In this document: one piece after another, positions 35,701-49,200 of the stretch
Layout of the letters: each line of letters begins with the position of its first letter
Position numbering within the stretch: the stretch's first letter is position 1
From: Guillardia theta CCMP2712
Taxonomy: Eukaryota > Protista > Cryptophyta
Direction of reading: 5' to 3'
Assembly: GCF_000315625.1 (NCBI RefSeq)
Contig: NW_005434640.1
Coordinates: 476,452-540,451 of the forward strand
Length of the DNA: 64,000 bases
Translations under genes and position numbers: made by a program
Notes under the pieces: generated by a model
Seen by the model: only the letters and a program-made list of their open reading frames with translations
Told to the model about the DNA's origin: nothing
Databases searched by the model: none

Positions 35701-37197
35701 CCGCACAACCGAAACCGAAACGGGGAAGCAGAATTTTCTTTTTCCCCTCCCCAGGCTCCTCCCGTACCCCAACCTACCTTGTGCCTCCTCTCACTCCCTC
35801 TCCTCCCTCCCTCCCTGACACGCCTCCCCTGGCCTCTTCCCTTCCTCGGCCTCACCTTTCCTCGCTTCGCCTCTCTCCCCCCTTGCTTCCTTTCGCACCT
35901 TCCCGTCCCTCTCCTCGCTGAGGCTCGGGAAAGTGAATCTTTCCTCCCTTCTCGACCTTTAGCCTTGCCTACCAGTCTAGCCTCACCTCCTCTAACTTCA
36001 CTTTCCCCAGCCTCGCCTCGCCTGATCTGTGTCCCTCCTCGTCTCTTCTTGCCCTTGCTCGTCTCACTATCCCTTTCACCCCTGAGTCGCTGCCCCCTCT
36101 CGCTTCCTGTTGCTCCGAGTGCAATGCTTCCTCCTTGTCCCACGTATCCCTTGCCACTCCTCCCCTGTGTACTAGGCTCGCTCCAGTGTCCTGCACACCC
36201 TCATTCCTCCATTGTTCTCCTGCATCTTTTTTTACCGCACTGGCATCGCCGCATTACACTCGCAGGTTCGATGCTTTCTTTCACTTTCTTCTCATTCTGC
36301 CTACTGTCCCTTCTCCTCTCCAAACATCTGGCAACCTCCCTCCCTTACCGCTTGCGCTTTCATGCTCTCCTATTTTACCGCTTGCTTGTACGGATGCTCG
36401 GTCCCTCGTTGGTTCTCTTCTCACCCTGTAGTCTCGGAGTCTTGCGCCGCTCTGCCATGAGCTCAGATGTAGGGAAGCAGACGAGTCGGTCGCTCGGCAT
36501 CAACGACTATGAGGAATCTTACCTCATCGGCCCCGCAAGACTTCGCCGCTTGCATCGTCAGCAAAGTGATTCCGCTGTTGTCTCTGCCCTCCATTATTCC
36601 CACTCCTTCTCCCTCTGACCTCCTCCCCTCCTCCTCCCTGCTTTTGACTTCATTCTCGCACTGCTTGTCATGCCTGCTGTGTCACGTCCATGGGTCAGAT
36701 GCCTCTTCTTGTTGAGTGACTATGCACTTGTCGAAGTGAAATCTGTGAAAGCGAGTGCTGGTGATGTCCATTGAATGGTTATGAGTCAGAGAGGAGGACG
36801 ACGACGGGCTTTCAGCAGCTCAACACATATACTCGATCGACCTGACTAAGTCGCCAACGAATTTAGCAGGCCCAACCAGCCATTTCACATGAAGTCCAAT
36901 AGGCGTTTTACCGCTCGAAAGCTGACAGAAGCCTCGCCAATGTAACCTAGAAGATACGAAAGGAGATCTACATGTATGACCTAGTTAGATATGACCATAC
37001 TGTTTGATAGGGCTACTTTTGATTCCTAACAAAGAAACTCTGTTCGAAGATGAACAAGCTTGTTTTCGTTTGCAAAAGCATTAGCATATGATGAAAAATA
37101 CATGTTAACTATCTGATCAGTAGCTTGAATTGCTTTACAAGCAGGAAGAATAGGATAAAATTTGATACCCATTGCAGTGTAAGTTCATTACAGCTTA

Positions 37198-38334
37198 TCA
37201 AGGAATAGATCCGTGCTGCCTTTCCATCTCCCTACACTCCCACAGCATCTCAACGCTCTCAAACAGCTCCCCATCACGCCCTGTCACTGCAGCCCCTCCG
37301 TACACAGACATGCTGTGCTCCGGCGGGCACCAACTCCCCAGCCCGTCCTCGACGGATAATCCCTCCAGGTACTCCTCGATGTCGACCGGAGCTATCCCCG
37401 ACGACACGAGGTCATCCAGCACGGCGTCGATCCCGTCCCTCGCTCGCTCCTCCTCGTGTGAGACCGGGGGGGTCGTCCTTGCGCCCTCCATGCCGGGGAA
37501 GAACGAGCTCGGTCCCTGCGCCATCTGCTCCACGTCGTCCTCGTCGACGTCGACGTCCTCGTCCTCGTTGTCGTGGTTGTGGGAGGTGCAAGCATGGCCG
37601 TCCTCTGCAGCGAGCTTGTCCCCGTGCCCGAGGCCCGCGCGAGAGGCGTCGACGTCCAGCGGCGGCGCTCCGTTAGCGAACGCCTCCCACCGGCAACGCG
37701 CCTGCTGGCAGAGGTCCAAGAAGCGATCCAACGGACACTGCGTCGCCAAGAAGGGCCCCGCGTTGCTGACCAGCAGCTCCCAGCCCTCCACCAGCCGCGC
37801 TCGGTCCTCGGGGAGAGCGGGGTTCCTCCACCTCCGCGCGGCGTACATGTAGCGTACTGGCGACAAGAGCAGGCGAGTCAGCTGAGCCATGAGGGACGGG
37901 ACAACAAAGGCGAGGAGAGGAGAGGGAGCAGACGACTCACCCCTGGGCGTCCAGTCGTCGTGTCGGTCTAGGAAGGACCGCCTGGACCTCACCTTGTAGA
38001 AGCCGTTGTGCTCCAGGAGCTTGTTGAACTCGATCTCCGTCATGCCGTGGCGAGCGCTCAAGGGGTCTTCGCTCCTGGTGGCCGTGGGGCAGCAGATCTT
38101 GAGCAGCGAGTAGACGGAGCAATAGCCGCTGCGGCAGACGTAGGAGGAGGGGCCGGCGTGAGCGAGCACCTGGAGGGCAGGAGAAGGACCCAGACTCTCG
38201 CTTCACCTGCTCGTACGCTATCTTGAACATGAGCCGAGTAAGGAAGACCGGATGTCGGGTGTGGAAGTACGTACCGTGTTGGCGAAGGTGAGTCCGATGC
38301 GTTTGTTGTAGTCGGAAGCGGAGGGACGGACCAT
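37198..38334 (-). CDS. Lineage-specific hypothetical protein, copy A
   Basis: MVRPSASDYNKRIGLTFANT, intron, then VLAHAGPSSYVCRSGYCSVYSLLKICCP...YMYAARRWRNP and an acidic tail. Exons are conserved with copy B. Confidence 0.75.
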
Positions 38335-39809
38335 GAATTGTGCGATGTGCAACGTTGGGAGCAGTTCGAAGTTTATCAGAAATGGTTTGGAGCTGGAACG
38401 GGGATTTGAATCAAGGATAATCAAAACACGGATGTCTATCTGCAACAAGTGGCGTGATGGGAATCTAGCGCTCACAAGGGTAGGGAAAGCACAGAACGCA
38501 AGCTCAAGAATGGTTTCTAGGTCAGAGGCCTTTCCAACAATAGCAGAGATGATTGGAGTCGGAAGCAGAGCAACACAGCAAGCACAGTAAGAGCAGGAGG
38601 TACAGGAGGCACAGGGAGAGAGCGGACAGAGCCTGGAGGCAGAGGAGCAAGTTGAGGCAGAGGAGGCAGAGGAGGCAGAGGAGGCAGAGGAGGCAGAGGA
38701 GGCAGCGGGTGAGGTTGGGGAGGGAAGGAGAACGTTTTATTTCTTTGAGAATTCTCTGCTGCGGGGGTAGGGTTAATTTCTTTTTAGCACAAGGGGTGGT
38801 AAGGGGTATCGATTGGGGTGGTGAAGGTAAAGAATTTTTTTGCGTAGAGGGGTGCAGGGGTCCCTGCCTCATCATGATTCAACTACCCCTTCATTGCCAC
38901 GATACAGAGGGGTAGGGGTTAATTGTGTCGACGTCGCCACCGTCGGTTGTAAATATGAAGAAGGAATTCAAGGGGTGGGGGTGGTACTCTTTCAGAAAGG
39001 GGGTGGGTGGAATGGTACTGCACGAAAGAGACCCAATCGTAAAGAGTGGTGGTACGTTGTATTGTCAGGGGTGTGGTGGTTGGTCAAAAGTATGTAGTAA
39101 AGATGGTTTCGTGACCGTTGGACGATGACCCCTCCCAAAGATTCTCAGAAGTACCCCTCCTTATCGAGCCTCTGCGGTAGAAACATGTCGGTCAGCAGGT
39201 GGCGGAGGCGAGTCGGTTTTAATGGCCATGTGCCGGTAATCAAATATTAACTTATCATCAGCAGTACAAAGACTTGTACCGGGATCTGAGAATTTGAGTA
39301 ATTTTTAAAAGTTTTGGAGGTGCGGAAGCTCAACTTTACACTTCTCGCCGGATCTCCGGGTTCGGACTGCCAAAAAGACCCCCGGGGGGGTCAGGGGTCT
39401 GACCCGGCGGAAAATGGGGTTTAAGGGGTACCGACTGCGCAATCCGGAGTTTTTAATTAGGAGGTTATAAAGGCCCTCGTGACTCATAAAACGTTGCGAT
39501 CTCTCATCACAACTCCGATTTCCGTTTGGTTTCGGCGGTTGGCCGATACAAGTACCCCACCCCTGAAATGGATCGCAGTAAAGAAGGGGTACTCTGAGGA
39601 GTCCGGGATCTCTTTTTTTTCTTTCTTTTCCTCTCACCTCAGAGTATGAGGAGACAACTGCTCGTTCCACCCTGCTCATCCCCCCCCGCCCCGCCCCCCC
39701 CGCCCCTCACTCTTCTTCCAACGACTCTGCAGCGCCACCGCTGCTGTAGAGCTCGATCCCCCCGTTGCCTCATAGCACACCTCTCTGCTACAGGCGAATA
39801 CCTCCATCC

Positions 39810-40980
39810 ATGGTCCGTCCCTCCGCTTCCGACTACAACAAACGCATCGGACTCACCTTCGCCAACACGGTACGTACTTCCACACCCGACATCCACGCCC
39901 CCTCCCTCCCCTCCCCCTCCCCCTCTCGTCCCCCCCGCCAACATCAAAGCTACATTCCCTCTCACTCCTCACACTCCTGCCCTCCAGGTGCTCGCTCACG
40001 CCGGCCCCTCCTCCTACGTCTGCCGCAGCGGCTATTGCTCCGTCTACTCGCTNNNNNNNNNNNNNNNNNNNNNNNNNNNNNNNNNNNNNNNNNNNNNNNN
40101 NNNNNNNNNNNNNNNNNNNNNNNNNNNNNNNNNNNNNNNNNNNNNNNNNNNNNNNNNNNNNNNNNNNNNNNNNNNNNNNNNNNNNNNNNNNNNNNNNNNN
40201 NNNNNNNNNNNNNNNNNNNNNNNNNNNNNNNNNNNNNNNNNNNNNNNNNNNNNNNNNNNNNNNNNNNNNNNNNNNNNNNNNNNNNNNNNNNNNNNNNNNN
40301 NNNNNNNNNNNNNNNNNNNNNNNNNNNNNNNNNNNNNNNNNNNNNNNNNNNNNNNNNNNNNNNNNNNNNNNNNNNNNNNNNNNNNNNNNNNNNNNNNNNN
40401 NNNNNNNNNNNNNNNNNNNNNNNNNNNNNNNNNNNNNNNNNNNNNNNNNNNNNNNNNNNNNNNNNNNNNNGAGGCGTTCGCTAACGGAGCGCCGCCGCTG
40501 GACGTCGACGCCTCTCGCGCGGGCCTCGGGCACGGGGCCAGCTCGCTGCAGAGGACGGCCATGCTTTGAACTCCCCACAACCACGACAACGAGGACGAGG
40601 ACGTTGACGTTGACGAGGACGACGTGGAGCAGATGGCGCAGGGACCGAGCTCGTTCTTCCCCGGCATGGAGGGCGCAAGGACGACCCCCCCGGTCTCACA
40701 CGAGGAGGAGCGAGCGAGGGACGGGATCGACGCCGTGCTGGATGACCTCGTGTCGTCGGGGATAGCTCCGGTCGACATCGAGGAGTACCTGAAGGGATTA
40801 TCCGTCGAGGACGGGCTGGGGAGTTGGTGCCCGCCGGAGCACAGCATGTCTGTGTACGGAGGGGCTGCAGTGACAGGGCGTGATGGGGAGCTGTTTGAGA
40901 GCGTTGAGATGCTGTGGGAGTGTAGGGAGGAGATGGAATGGGAGGGTTGGAACAAGTGTGTTTACCTAGATGAGTTGTAA
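39810..40980 (+). CDS. Lineage-specific hypothetical protein, copy B (inverted duplicate, partly in gap)
   Basis: Near-identical reverse complement of 37222-38334 with a different C-terminus. Compensating indels and a stop near 40538-40575, next to the gap. Confidence 0.7.
40053..40470. other. Assembly gap (418 N)
   Basis: N run; length equals the homologous interval 37687-38104 in copy A. Confidence 1.
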
Positions 40981-41597
40981 AGAAAACAAATCTTTTCTCT
41001 ACTGCCTTGTTTTCTGCCACCATCTTTGTTGATGCAATTTCATTCCATTCTCAGTCCTGGTCGTCGAGGAGTGTAGAGTGCAGTCGGGCTGCTAGTGGCG
41101 CATCTAATCAAGTGCTGGTGGCGGGTGTTGATGTTGCAGGAATGTTAGGACATCGAAATCTTGAGCTGTCGTGTATGCTGCGCACGTAGTTGTTATCAGT
41201 GAGTGAGTTGTTCGATCTGTCCTGTGACAAGCATTGTCTTAAAGGGAGGACGAAGACGAGGACGCGAGGAAGACGAAGAGGAGGGGGGAGCAAGGGGAGG
41301 ACGAGGGGGACGAGGAGGAGCACCAGGAGGAGGGGGGAGGGAGGAGGGGAGGAGGAGGGGAGGACACAAACTCTAAAAATCGATTTTTTGATTCCATTGC
41401 TTTGTGATTGTAACTTACAAATTATGAGGCTTCTTCATAGTGAAGAGTTGACAACAAATAAATACAACATGTTAGCAAGTGTTTGCCCGCATATACAGTA
41501 TAGACATGTGCAAGATTGAATCAGCATTTACAATCTCTGTTCCCCGTCTTGTGCTCCTACTCAGTCTTGTCAGTTTCGCTTAATTCCTCGAGTCCCT

Positions 41598-43890
41598 TCA
41601 CCTCTCAGGGCAGCGGCTCGACATCTTGACGGACAACCTGAACGACTTTTGTTCATAATCGAGGAGCTTCTCAGTTGATTCGTCCCCGTTAGCTGACGAG
41701 ACTGTCAATTGGACGTGCCCCCTCTTCGTCTTCCTCTTCTCTCCCCTTCGATTCCCCTCCTCCCTCCCTCTCCTTCTGTTTCTTCCCATCGCCAGCCACT
41801 CTCTCCCCATCCTCGCATCCTCGTCTCTCTTCCGCGTGTGCTCACCACTCCCATTCTCCTTGGCATCCAGCGCCTTCTCGCCCGTCCTCTTGCTGGCCAT
41901 CTGCTCCAGCATGACGCGAGGGCGGATGACCTTGGAGCTCTAGGAAGCCATCAGGAGGAGGGAGGGGAGAGGAATCGGGAAGCGCAGAAGGGAGGTGGTT
42001 GCAGGAAGGAAAACAGAGAAAGAGAGGGAAGGTGGGTGGATGCGTGGGAGGGAGGGAGGAGGAGGAGGGAGGGAGGGGGGGGGGGGCGTTGAGTGGTAGG
42101 GAGGGCCAGCAGCTCACCGACTTCTTCTTGTTCACCTGGATGAAGGCAGTGGCATCCCAGGAGCGAACGAGCCCGCTAGCGGCAGCATCAGCAGAGCACA
42201 AGGAGCATGGGCAGTAACAAGCACCTGAAGGAGGCGAACAGAGAGCTAAGGTTGTTGGCCGGCAAGAGGCAGTCGACCCTCTTCCATGCCAGCACCTGTT
42301 TCACATCCCCCGACTCCACGTCCCATACCCGTAGGTCTCCTCCGCTCCCGCTGCAGAGGTACCTTGCTCCGGGAAAGACCGTCAGGTCTCGGACGGCATG
42401 TAGGTGCCCCTGGTAGAGCTGTAGGCACAGGCCACTGTCAAGCGACCATGCTCGCACTGTCTTGTCCTCCGACCCTGTGAATAGCGTGCCATCCACAACC
42501 TGATCAGGCTCAGATTCCAGCAGCAGCAGCAGTCCCCCCTCCTTCTCCATCCCCAACCTCGCCTCCTTCTCCTCTCACCCCCCCTCCCCCTCCCCCTCCC
42601 CCTTTCCTCCTCCTACCTGCATACAAGTGATCGCGCCCTGATGGCCGTTGAACGCGCACAGTCTTGCGCTCCCTCCCCCCCAGAACTCCCACAGCTCTGC
42701 TCCAAGCGACCCCCCGACGAGGAAAGACATGCAGGCAGCTGGGCGATCGCTCTTTGTCGACTCCCCCCCCCGCATGCTTCATCATGAGCCGCGATGGCCG
42801 AGCAGCCGGTCGGTCGAAGATGTTGAGGTCCTGCCGTCGGATCTCCTCCTTCTCCTGCTCGTGGAAGGGAGCGACAAGGCACGTGGCGGACCCGACGCTC
42901 GTCGGGATCTCTGCCAGCAGCGCCTTGTGCTTCTCAGCTCCTCGCGAGAGGTCCCAGTAGCTCACGCAGCCATCCGAGTCTGCGCAGAAGAAGCTGTCGC
43001 CAGACACCGATATCATGCTCTTGATCGCAAACCCCCTGTCCCTCCGCCAGCATCCCTTGAGATCCTCCTTCACCTCCTCCTTCCCGTCCTCCTCCCCTCC
43101 CTCCAAGAACGTTGCGATCCTCCATAACCGCAGACTCCCGTCCTCCGAGCTGCTGATCACTGTGTCGAGCCGCACGTGCAAGTTAGTGATCCAGTCTGTG
43201 TGTCCCTTATATGTATGCATACATCTCCCCGTGTACATGTCCCACGCCTTCACCGTCTTGTCCAGAGACCCGCTGTACAGGACGCTGCTCGCCATGTCGG
43301 CTTCCACGCAGCTGATCCAGTGGCTGTGTCCTTCAGCCGCGTTGAACCTGCTGGGGCATCGGATCGCGTGGACAAGAGCGTCAGATCTCCTCTCGGACTT
43401 GGCAGGAGGCGTTGAAAGCTTGTCCAGCACCTCGTGCGTCTCCCAGTACCTCGCGAACTTCTTGTGCTCGCTGAAGTCCCAGATCCTGATAGTCCGGTCC
43501 TCCGACGCCGTCACCAGCAGTTCAAGCCCCTCACCGACCAGCTTCATGCAAGTCACGCTGTGCTTGTGCGCAGGGAGAGCCTCCGACAAGACGCCGGAAG
43601 AGCTGGCGGCGGGGAGGGAGCTTTGGACGAGCTCGAGCCCATTGCAAGAGGACGCTAGGACGACGATCCGGTCTCAAGGACACACTCGCTCAACATCGTC
43701 TGCCCCTCATGACAGCACAGGACAAGGCAGAGGAAGCGAGCGAGGAGTCGGGAGACTGACAAGGCCTCATGCAAGGCTGCATGAGAAGCCAGCTCGACCC
43801 CAGCACAGCTCAGATCACGTTACCATCCGCGCGCTAGGCCCGTTGCCCTTGATAAGGACCAAGGAGCTCAGTGGCTGGCGCCATGAAGCG
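41598..43890 (-). CDS. WD40-repeat protein; ends uncertain
   Basis: AHKHSVT..LVTASEDRTIRIWD, GHSHWIS..SGSLDKTVKAWD, GHTDWIT..SSSEDGSLRLW, GHQGAIT..TGSEDKTVRAW and GHLHAV..LRVWD. Confidence 0.9.
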
Positions 43891-44889
43891 ATGAGGCCAT
43901 TTGCAAGGCTCGCAGTATGCGAACTAACTTGCAGAATTGCTCGAACCTGAAAGAATATCGAACGTCATTGGGAGGAACATCGCAAGGTTGAGACGAAACA
44001 AGAAACAGCCTCGCTTCACTTCGTTTCCTCTTCACTTTTGTCTTTGTTCCTTCCTCCCTTCATATTGTTCATTCCTCCCATCACTTCCGTCTTATCACCG
44101 ACCTGAAGTTCAGAACATTTGTCTGTCTACTTCAACCAGCTTCCCGCCATCCCATCTTTCCTCTCCTCCCCTTCACCTCTGCTCTATTCGCGTGCACGAG
44201 ATTTGGAATGCTCCACGTGACCGAGCATGAACCAAGTGGCATGCACAATGATGTATCCCAACTATCTCACGGACTGGACTAAAGTTCTGTCCTCCATCTC
44301 GTCCTGTGCCAGTCAATGTCGTATCACCAGCTCCCCCGCACCGCAACGGAACTCGCTCGAGTTAACTTTGCTCTACTCATTCCTCTGCCATCACCTTTGT
44401 ACGCGTCACTGTTTTCGTTATAATTCACTTCTCATTCTTTTCGTTTTGTCATCATCTTCATATCTTCTTACAGGACACATCCTCTTCGCTTCTCCTCCTC
44501 TCCCTTCACAGCTTCCTCACCCTCTTCCTGACCCTCGCTTCCATGTATTCCCACCCCTCCTCTGATCACTTCTAGACCTGCCTTTTTATGTGTCTTTCGT
44601 CATGCCTTCATCGTCTCTTCGTCCCATCCTGCTGTTACTGGATCTAACATGCCTCGTTGTATGCTGACCTGACCTGATAAAGCCGTGCCTTCATTGGCCC
44701 TGATCTTTGCTATCCTCTTCTTTCTCATCCCTCTGTGCTTCTCCTTGCTCGTCACATCCCTTCTTTCTATGACACGTTCTTGGTTTCTTGCCTACATCCT
44801 CTCTACCTTCCCGCTCCTCTCTCCTCCTCCTCTCCTCCCTTCTACTGAGCTTGCAAATGTCCAGCATGGCGGTTAGACTGCTGATGACC

Positions 44890-45780
44890 ACCCACCCCTC
44901 GATCTCATTTCAAGTACCTACCTCACCCTCATCTAATTCACCCTACCCTAGCCCAACACAACCATACGTGCTGCAGATGACCCCATTATGTCATCACCCC
45001 CACCCCCATAAATATATCCCGAATACTAAAATCACGGCAGGAATTGACCCACCCCTACACTAACTTACCACCCCCACGTACTCTACCAAGTTCTGCTTGA
45101 TTTCACCAGTCCTTTCCAGCTGGTACCACCCTGATCCTACCACCCCTACCCCCTGCCGAAGAACCCCCGAGTCAACCCTTTATTTAGTGTTAATTTGTTG
45201 AGATCCGAAGAAACCCTAGTCGTATTAACGTTAATTCACCTGGGGCCCGGCGGGCCGGAGCTCCGACCCGACCGTCAATCACTCAGTGAGACTACTTGCG
45301 TTCAATAGAGAATAAAATAATATTTATATCTCCTTTCACATGGATTGTACCAGGAATGACAGAATTCTGAAAACATCGTACAGTTTATATTTATTTTTAT
45401 TTGAAACTTTCTAGAAAACATTTAGATAATATTTCAAAATATAATAAGGCAGTACACTTACATGCAACACCGGTACAAACGGTTTCCTTAGTGTGGTGGG
45501 GTGGAGGAACTCTTTTGCGATGGGGTGGGTTCAAAAAGGAAAATTCGAGGGTGGGTCATGAAGAAATTTGAGGGGTACTGTGAGTGGACCCACCCCTACT
45601 TATGTGTCTTTGTTTGTTTTCAAACATGGGGGTATGTAGTCAAAGGGTGGGGTCATCGATACAATGATGAGGGTAGGTAGTTATGACACTGACGTTGGTA
45701 GGGTAGAATTTTCATGTCACCAGGGGGTGGGGGGTGGGGTCGTGGCTCTCATCGCCAGCGCATGCTGGTACCCAGCGCAA
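44890..45780. promoter_or_regulatory. Symmetric divergent-promoter-like module: TACCC block, palindromic/AT core, GGGTA block
   Basis: C-rich CCCTACC motifs 44890-45180; ATTAACGTTAAT and GGAGCTCC palindromes and an AT core 45220-45480; GGGTA/GGGTGGG motifs 45490-45780. Lies between the divergent WD40 and GH31 genes. Confidence 0.5.
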
Positions 45781-46217
45781 GGTGGGAGGGATGGGAGGGA
45801 ATTGCAGGGCGATGGAAGAAGAGGAAAGAAGAGAATATGCAGATAGACGAAAGTGCGGAAGAAGAAGAAATATGCACGAAGATGTAGATGATGAGAGCGA
45901 AAGGGATTCGCAGAATAGGGGGGAGTAGAGGTTAGTGGAACAGAGGATGTTAGGTAGAGGGAGGGCAGAAGTAAAAGGAACGCTCAAGGTTGCATACAGA
46001 AGTGAGTAATAAGCAAGAAAAGGGAAGGTATGGTGCGTGCAACGATCAAAATTACTTTCGGGCGAGGTGTGAAGCGTTGCTCGGTAGTCTACTGCCATTC
46101 TCATCGTAGCGGATGCGCATTATCCTGAAAGAAATGACCTGCGCATCATGACGCGTCTTCTCTAGTTTTACCGGACCAGCAAGGATTAAAGCGCTTGGAA
46201 GCACCACCAGCGTCGCC

Positions 46218-49200
46218 ATGGGACTCCGACGACCACGATCGGGTCTTCGGCCATCGATTGTGCCGTGCTTCGTTGCCTTTGGTGAGATCATTTACACATG
46301 CCATAGCGCCGCCTCTCCTATCTCTCTTCTTACATGAATCAACAGCGACCATCTCCTCGTTGCTGTCCCTGTCCATGGCGTTCAAGGAGGAGGAGTTCCG
46401 CTACTGCAAGGACAGCAGCTTCTGCCGGAGACAAAGGAAGTTCGATGGACAGGTAGCACCGATTGTTCCCCTGACATGCACGTTCGTTGGCTGCTCGTGG
46501 CGATGAATCGACCTCCTCCTGACTTGTCTCTGACAGGATGATCGGGCGACGTACAAGCTGCATAACGCGCACCTTGAAGACAACGGCGTTGTCGCGGAGA
46601 TGAAGAATGCGTTGAATCCAAACCAGCCGTTGAAGCTGCGAGCTACCATCTACAAGTCCGGTGATGCTCCTGCTGGAGTGAAGCTGTCAACTGACGAGCT
46701 CATTTACTGACAGGAATCTTTCGTATTGAGATTGATGAAGCGTCTTCAGCAAAGCCGAGATATAGAGTGAAAGACGTGCTCGTTGGGGACATCTCGCAGC
46801 ACAGCGTTAAGGGCGACTTGTCATTGGAGGAAGGAGTCGCCAAGTATCGCTCTGGCGATCACGAACTCACGCTTCAGTTCCCTCCCTCTTTGCGATCTTA
46901 GCGAAAGGTTGACTCTGAAGCCTTCAGCTCGACCCGTTGCCTTTTCTTGCTCGTCTCACATACAAGGGAGAGGTTCTCTTTGTGATGAATTCTCGTAATT
47001 TGATGAAATGGGAAGTGCGCCGGGACAAGGTCAGTCTGTTTCACCTCGATGGGATATTGTCTTACTTTGGCCTACGAAAGTCTTCTGAGGGTGCAATGGA
47101 GGACATTACGGGTGAAAATGATGGCCTGTGGGAGGAATCATTCAAAGGACATTCGGACAGCAAGCCTAACGGCCCGGAATCTATCGGTGTTGACTTCGAC
47201 TTCATGGGTGCCAAGCACGTCTACGGTCTCCCCGAACGTGGATCTCGGCTCATGCTCGGGAACACTCGCGGGGAGGGGGCGGCAAGGGATGAGCCCTACC
47301 GCCTGTACAACCTTGATGTGTTCGAGTACGAGGTGACTGCCGATCGTGCACACCAGCCGCTGTACGGCGCAGTTCCCATCCTCTACTCGCATCGCCCCAA
47401 CTTCTCCTCTGCTCTCTTCTGGCTGAACGCGGCTGAAACGATGGTGGACGTGGAGGATGGCCCGGACATGAAGCGCACGCACTGGTTCAGTGAGAGCGGC
47501 GTGATCGACGTCTTCCTGCTCTCCTCCGACACCCCCAAGGGCGTGCAGATGCAGTTCGCGAGCCTTGTGGGAACTCAGTTCATGCCCCCAATGTTCTCAC
47601 TCGGGTACCACCAGTGCCGCTGGAACTACAAGGACGATGCTGACGTGAGGATGGTGGACTCCAAGTTTGACGAGTACGACATCCCCTACGACGTCCTGTG
47701 GCTCGACATCGAGCACACGGTCGGCAAGCGCTACCTCACCTGGGACAAGCACCTCTTCCCCGACCCCGAGGGCCTTCAGCATGACTTGGCCTCCCGCGGC
47801 CGCAAGATGGTGACGATCATTGACCCCCATCTCAAGGTGGACATGGGCTACTCGGTGTACGCGGAGGCGAAGCGTCTGGGCTTCTTCTGCAAGAACAAGG
47901 ACGGCGGAGACTTCGAGGGACACTGCTGGCCCGGCACGTCCTCGTGGCTGGACTACTTGAACCCCGAGGTTCGGGACTACTGGGCTAGCAGGTTCCTCCC
48001 GGCCAACTACGTGGGCAGCACTGAGCACCTCTACACCTGGAACGACATGAACGAGCCCTCAGTGTTCAACGGGCCAGAGATCACCATGCCCAAGGACCTC
48101 CTGCACTACGGGAATGTGGAGCACCGCGACGTACACAACCTCTACGGCTTCTACATGACCATGGCGACTGTGGCCGGGCACAAGCTGCTGAGGCCCGGCC
48201 GGAGGCCCTTCATCCTCTCCCGCGCCTTCTTTGCGGGCTCTCAGCGTTACGCTGCCGTCTGGACTGGAGACAACGGGGCGAGATGGGACCATCTGGCCTC
48301 GGCTACCCCGATGCTCCTGCAGCTCAGCTTGGGCGGCATCCATTTCTGCGGTGCTGACGTCGGCGGCTTCTTCGGCAACCCGGAACCCGAGCTGCTGGTC
48401 CGCTGGTACCAGGCAGCAGCTTACACGCCCTTCTTCCGAGGGCACGCGCATATCGACACTCAGCGCAGGGAGCCATGGCTGTTCGGCGATGTCGTGATGG
48501 GCCAGATCCGAGCTGCGATCCGCGCCAGGTACCTCGTGCTCCCCTACCTCTACACGCTCTTCCACATGGCTCACACCCAGGGGCTGCCCATCATGCGGCC
48601 CCTCTGGATGGAGTTCCCGGGCGACGAGGTCACCATCGCCATGGACGACGAGTTCATGCTCGGCGAGGCTCTCCTGGTCAAACCTGTCGTCTCCGCCAAC
48701 ACCAGGAGCTCCAACGTCTACCTCCCCTCCGACAAGGACGACGTACCCTCCTCTTCATGCGCTCCCCTGACGCTGACCCTGGCATGCAGATCTGGTATCC
48801 GTTCCGCAACGGGCAGACGCCCAAGGAGCAAGGAGTCTTCACCTCCCTCTGGAGCCGCTTCCGCGGGCAGACAGGCAGCCTGCGAGGACAAGCGCAGGCG
48901 GGCGGCAAGACGATCTCAGTCGACTCGGGGGTAGAGCAGGGCATCCCTGTGTTCCAGCGAGGAGGAACCATTATCCCCACCAGGGAGCGAGCCAGGAGGT
49001 GAGTTGGAGGGGGAGGAGGAGGCAGCTGACCTTGGCTCAGGTCCACAAGCGCCATGCGAGCAGATCCCTTCACTCTTCACGTAGCGCTCAACGTCAGGGA
49101 GGAGGCGTCGGGGTCTCTCTACCTGGACGATGGAGACACAGACGAGCATACGGCCGGCGGTTTCTTCCTCTTCGGCCTCAAGTTTCAGTCCAACCAGCTG

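Noticed and set aside
35655-36618. Pro/Leu/Ser-rich 308-aa ORF and its Gly/Arg-rich antisense ORF
   Set aside because: Translations of a polypyrimidine tract. A short exon near 36458 is possible but unsupported.
40530-40580. Pseudogenisation of duplicate copy B
   Set aside because: The compensating indels and stop cluster within ~100 bp of a gap edge, which fits low-quality sequence better; cannot be decided without reads.
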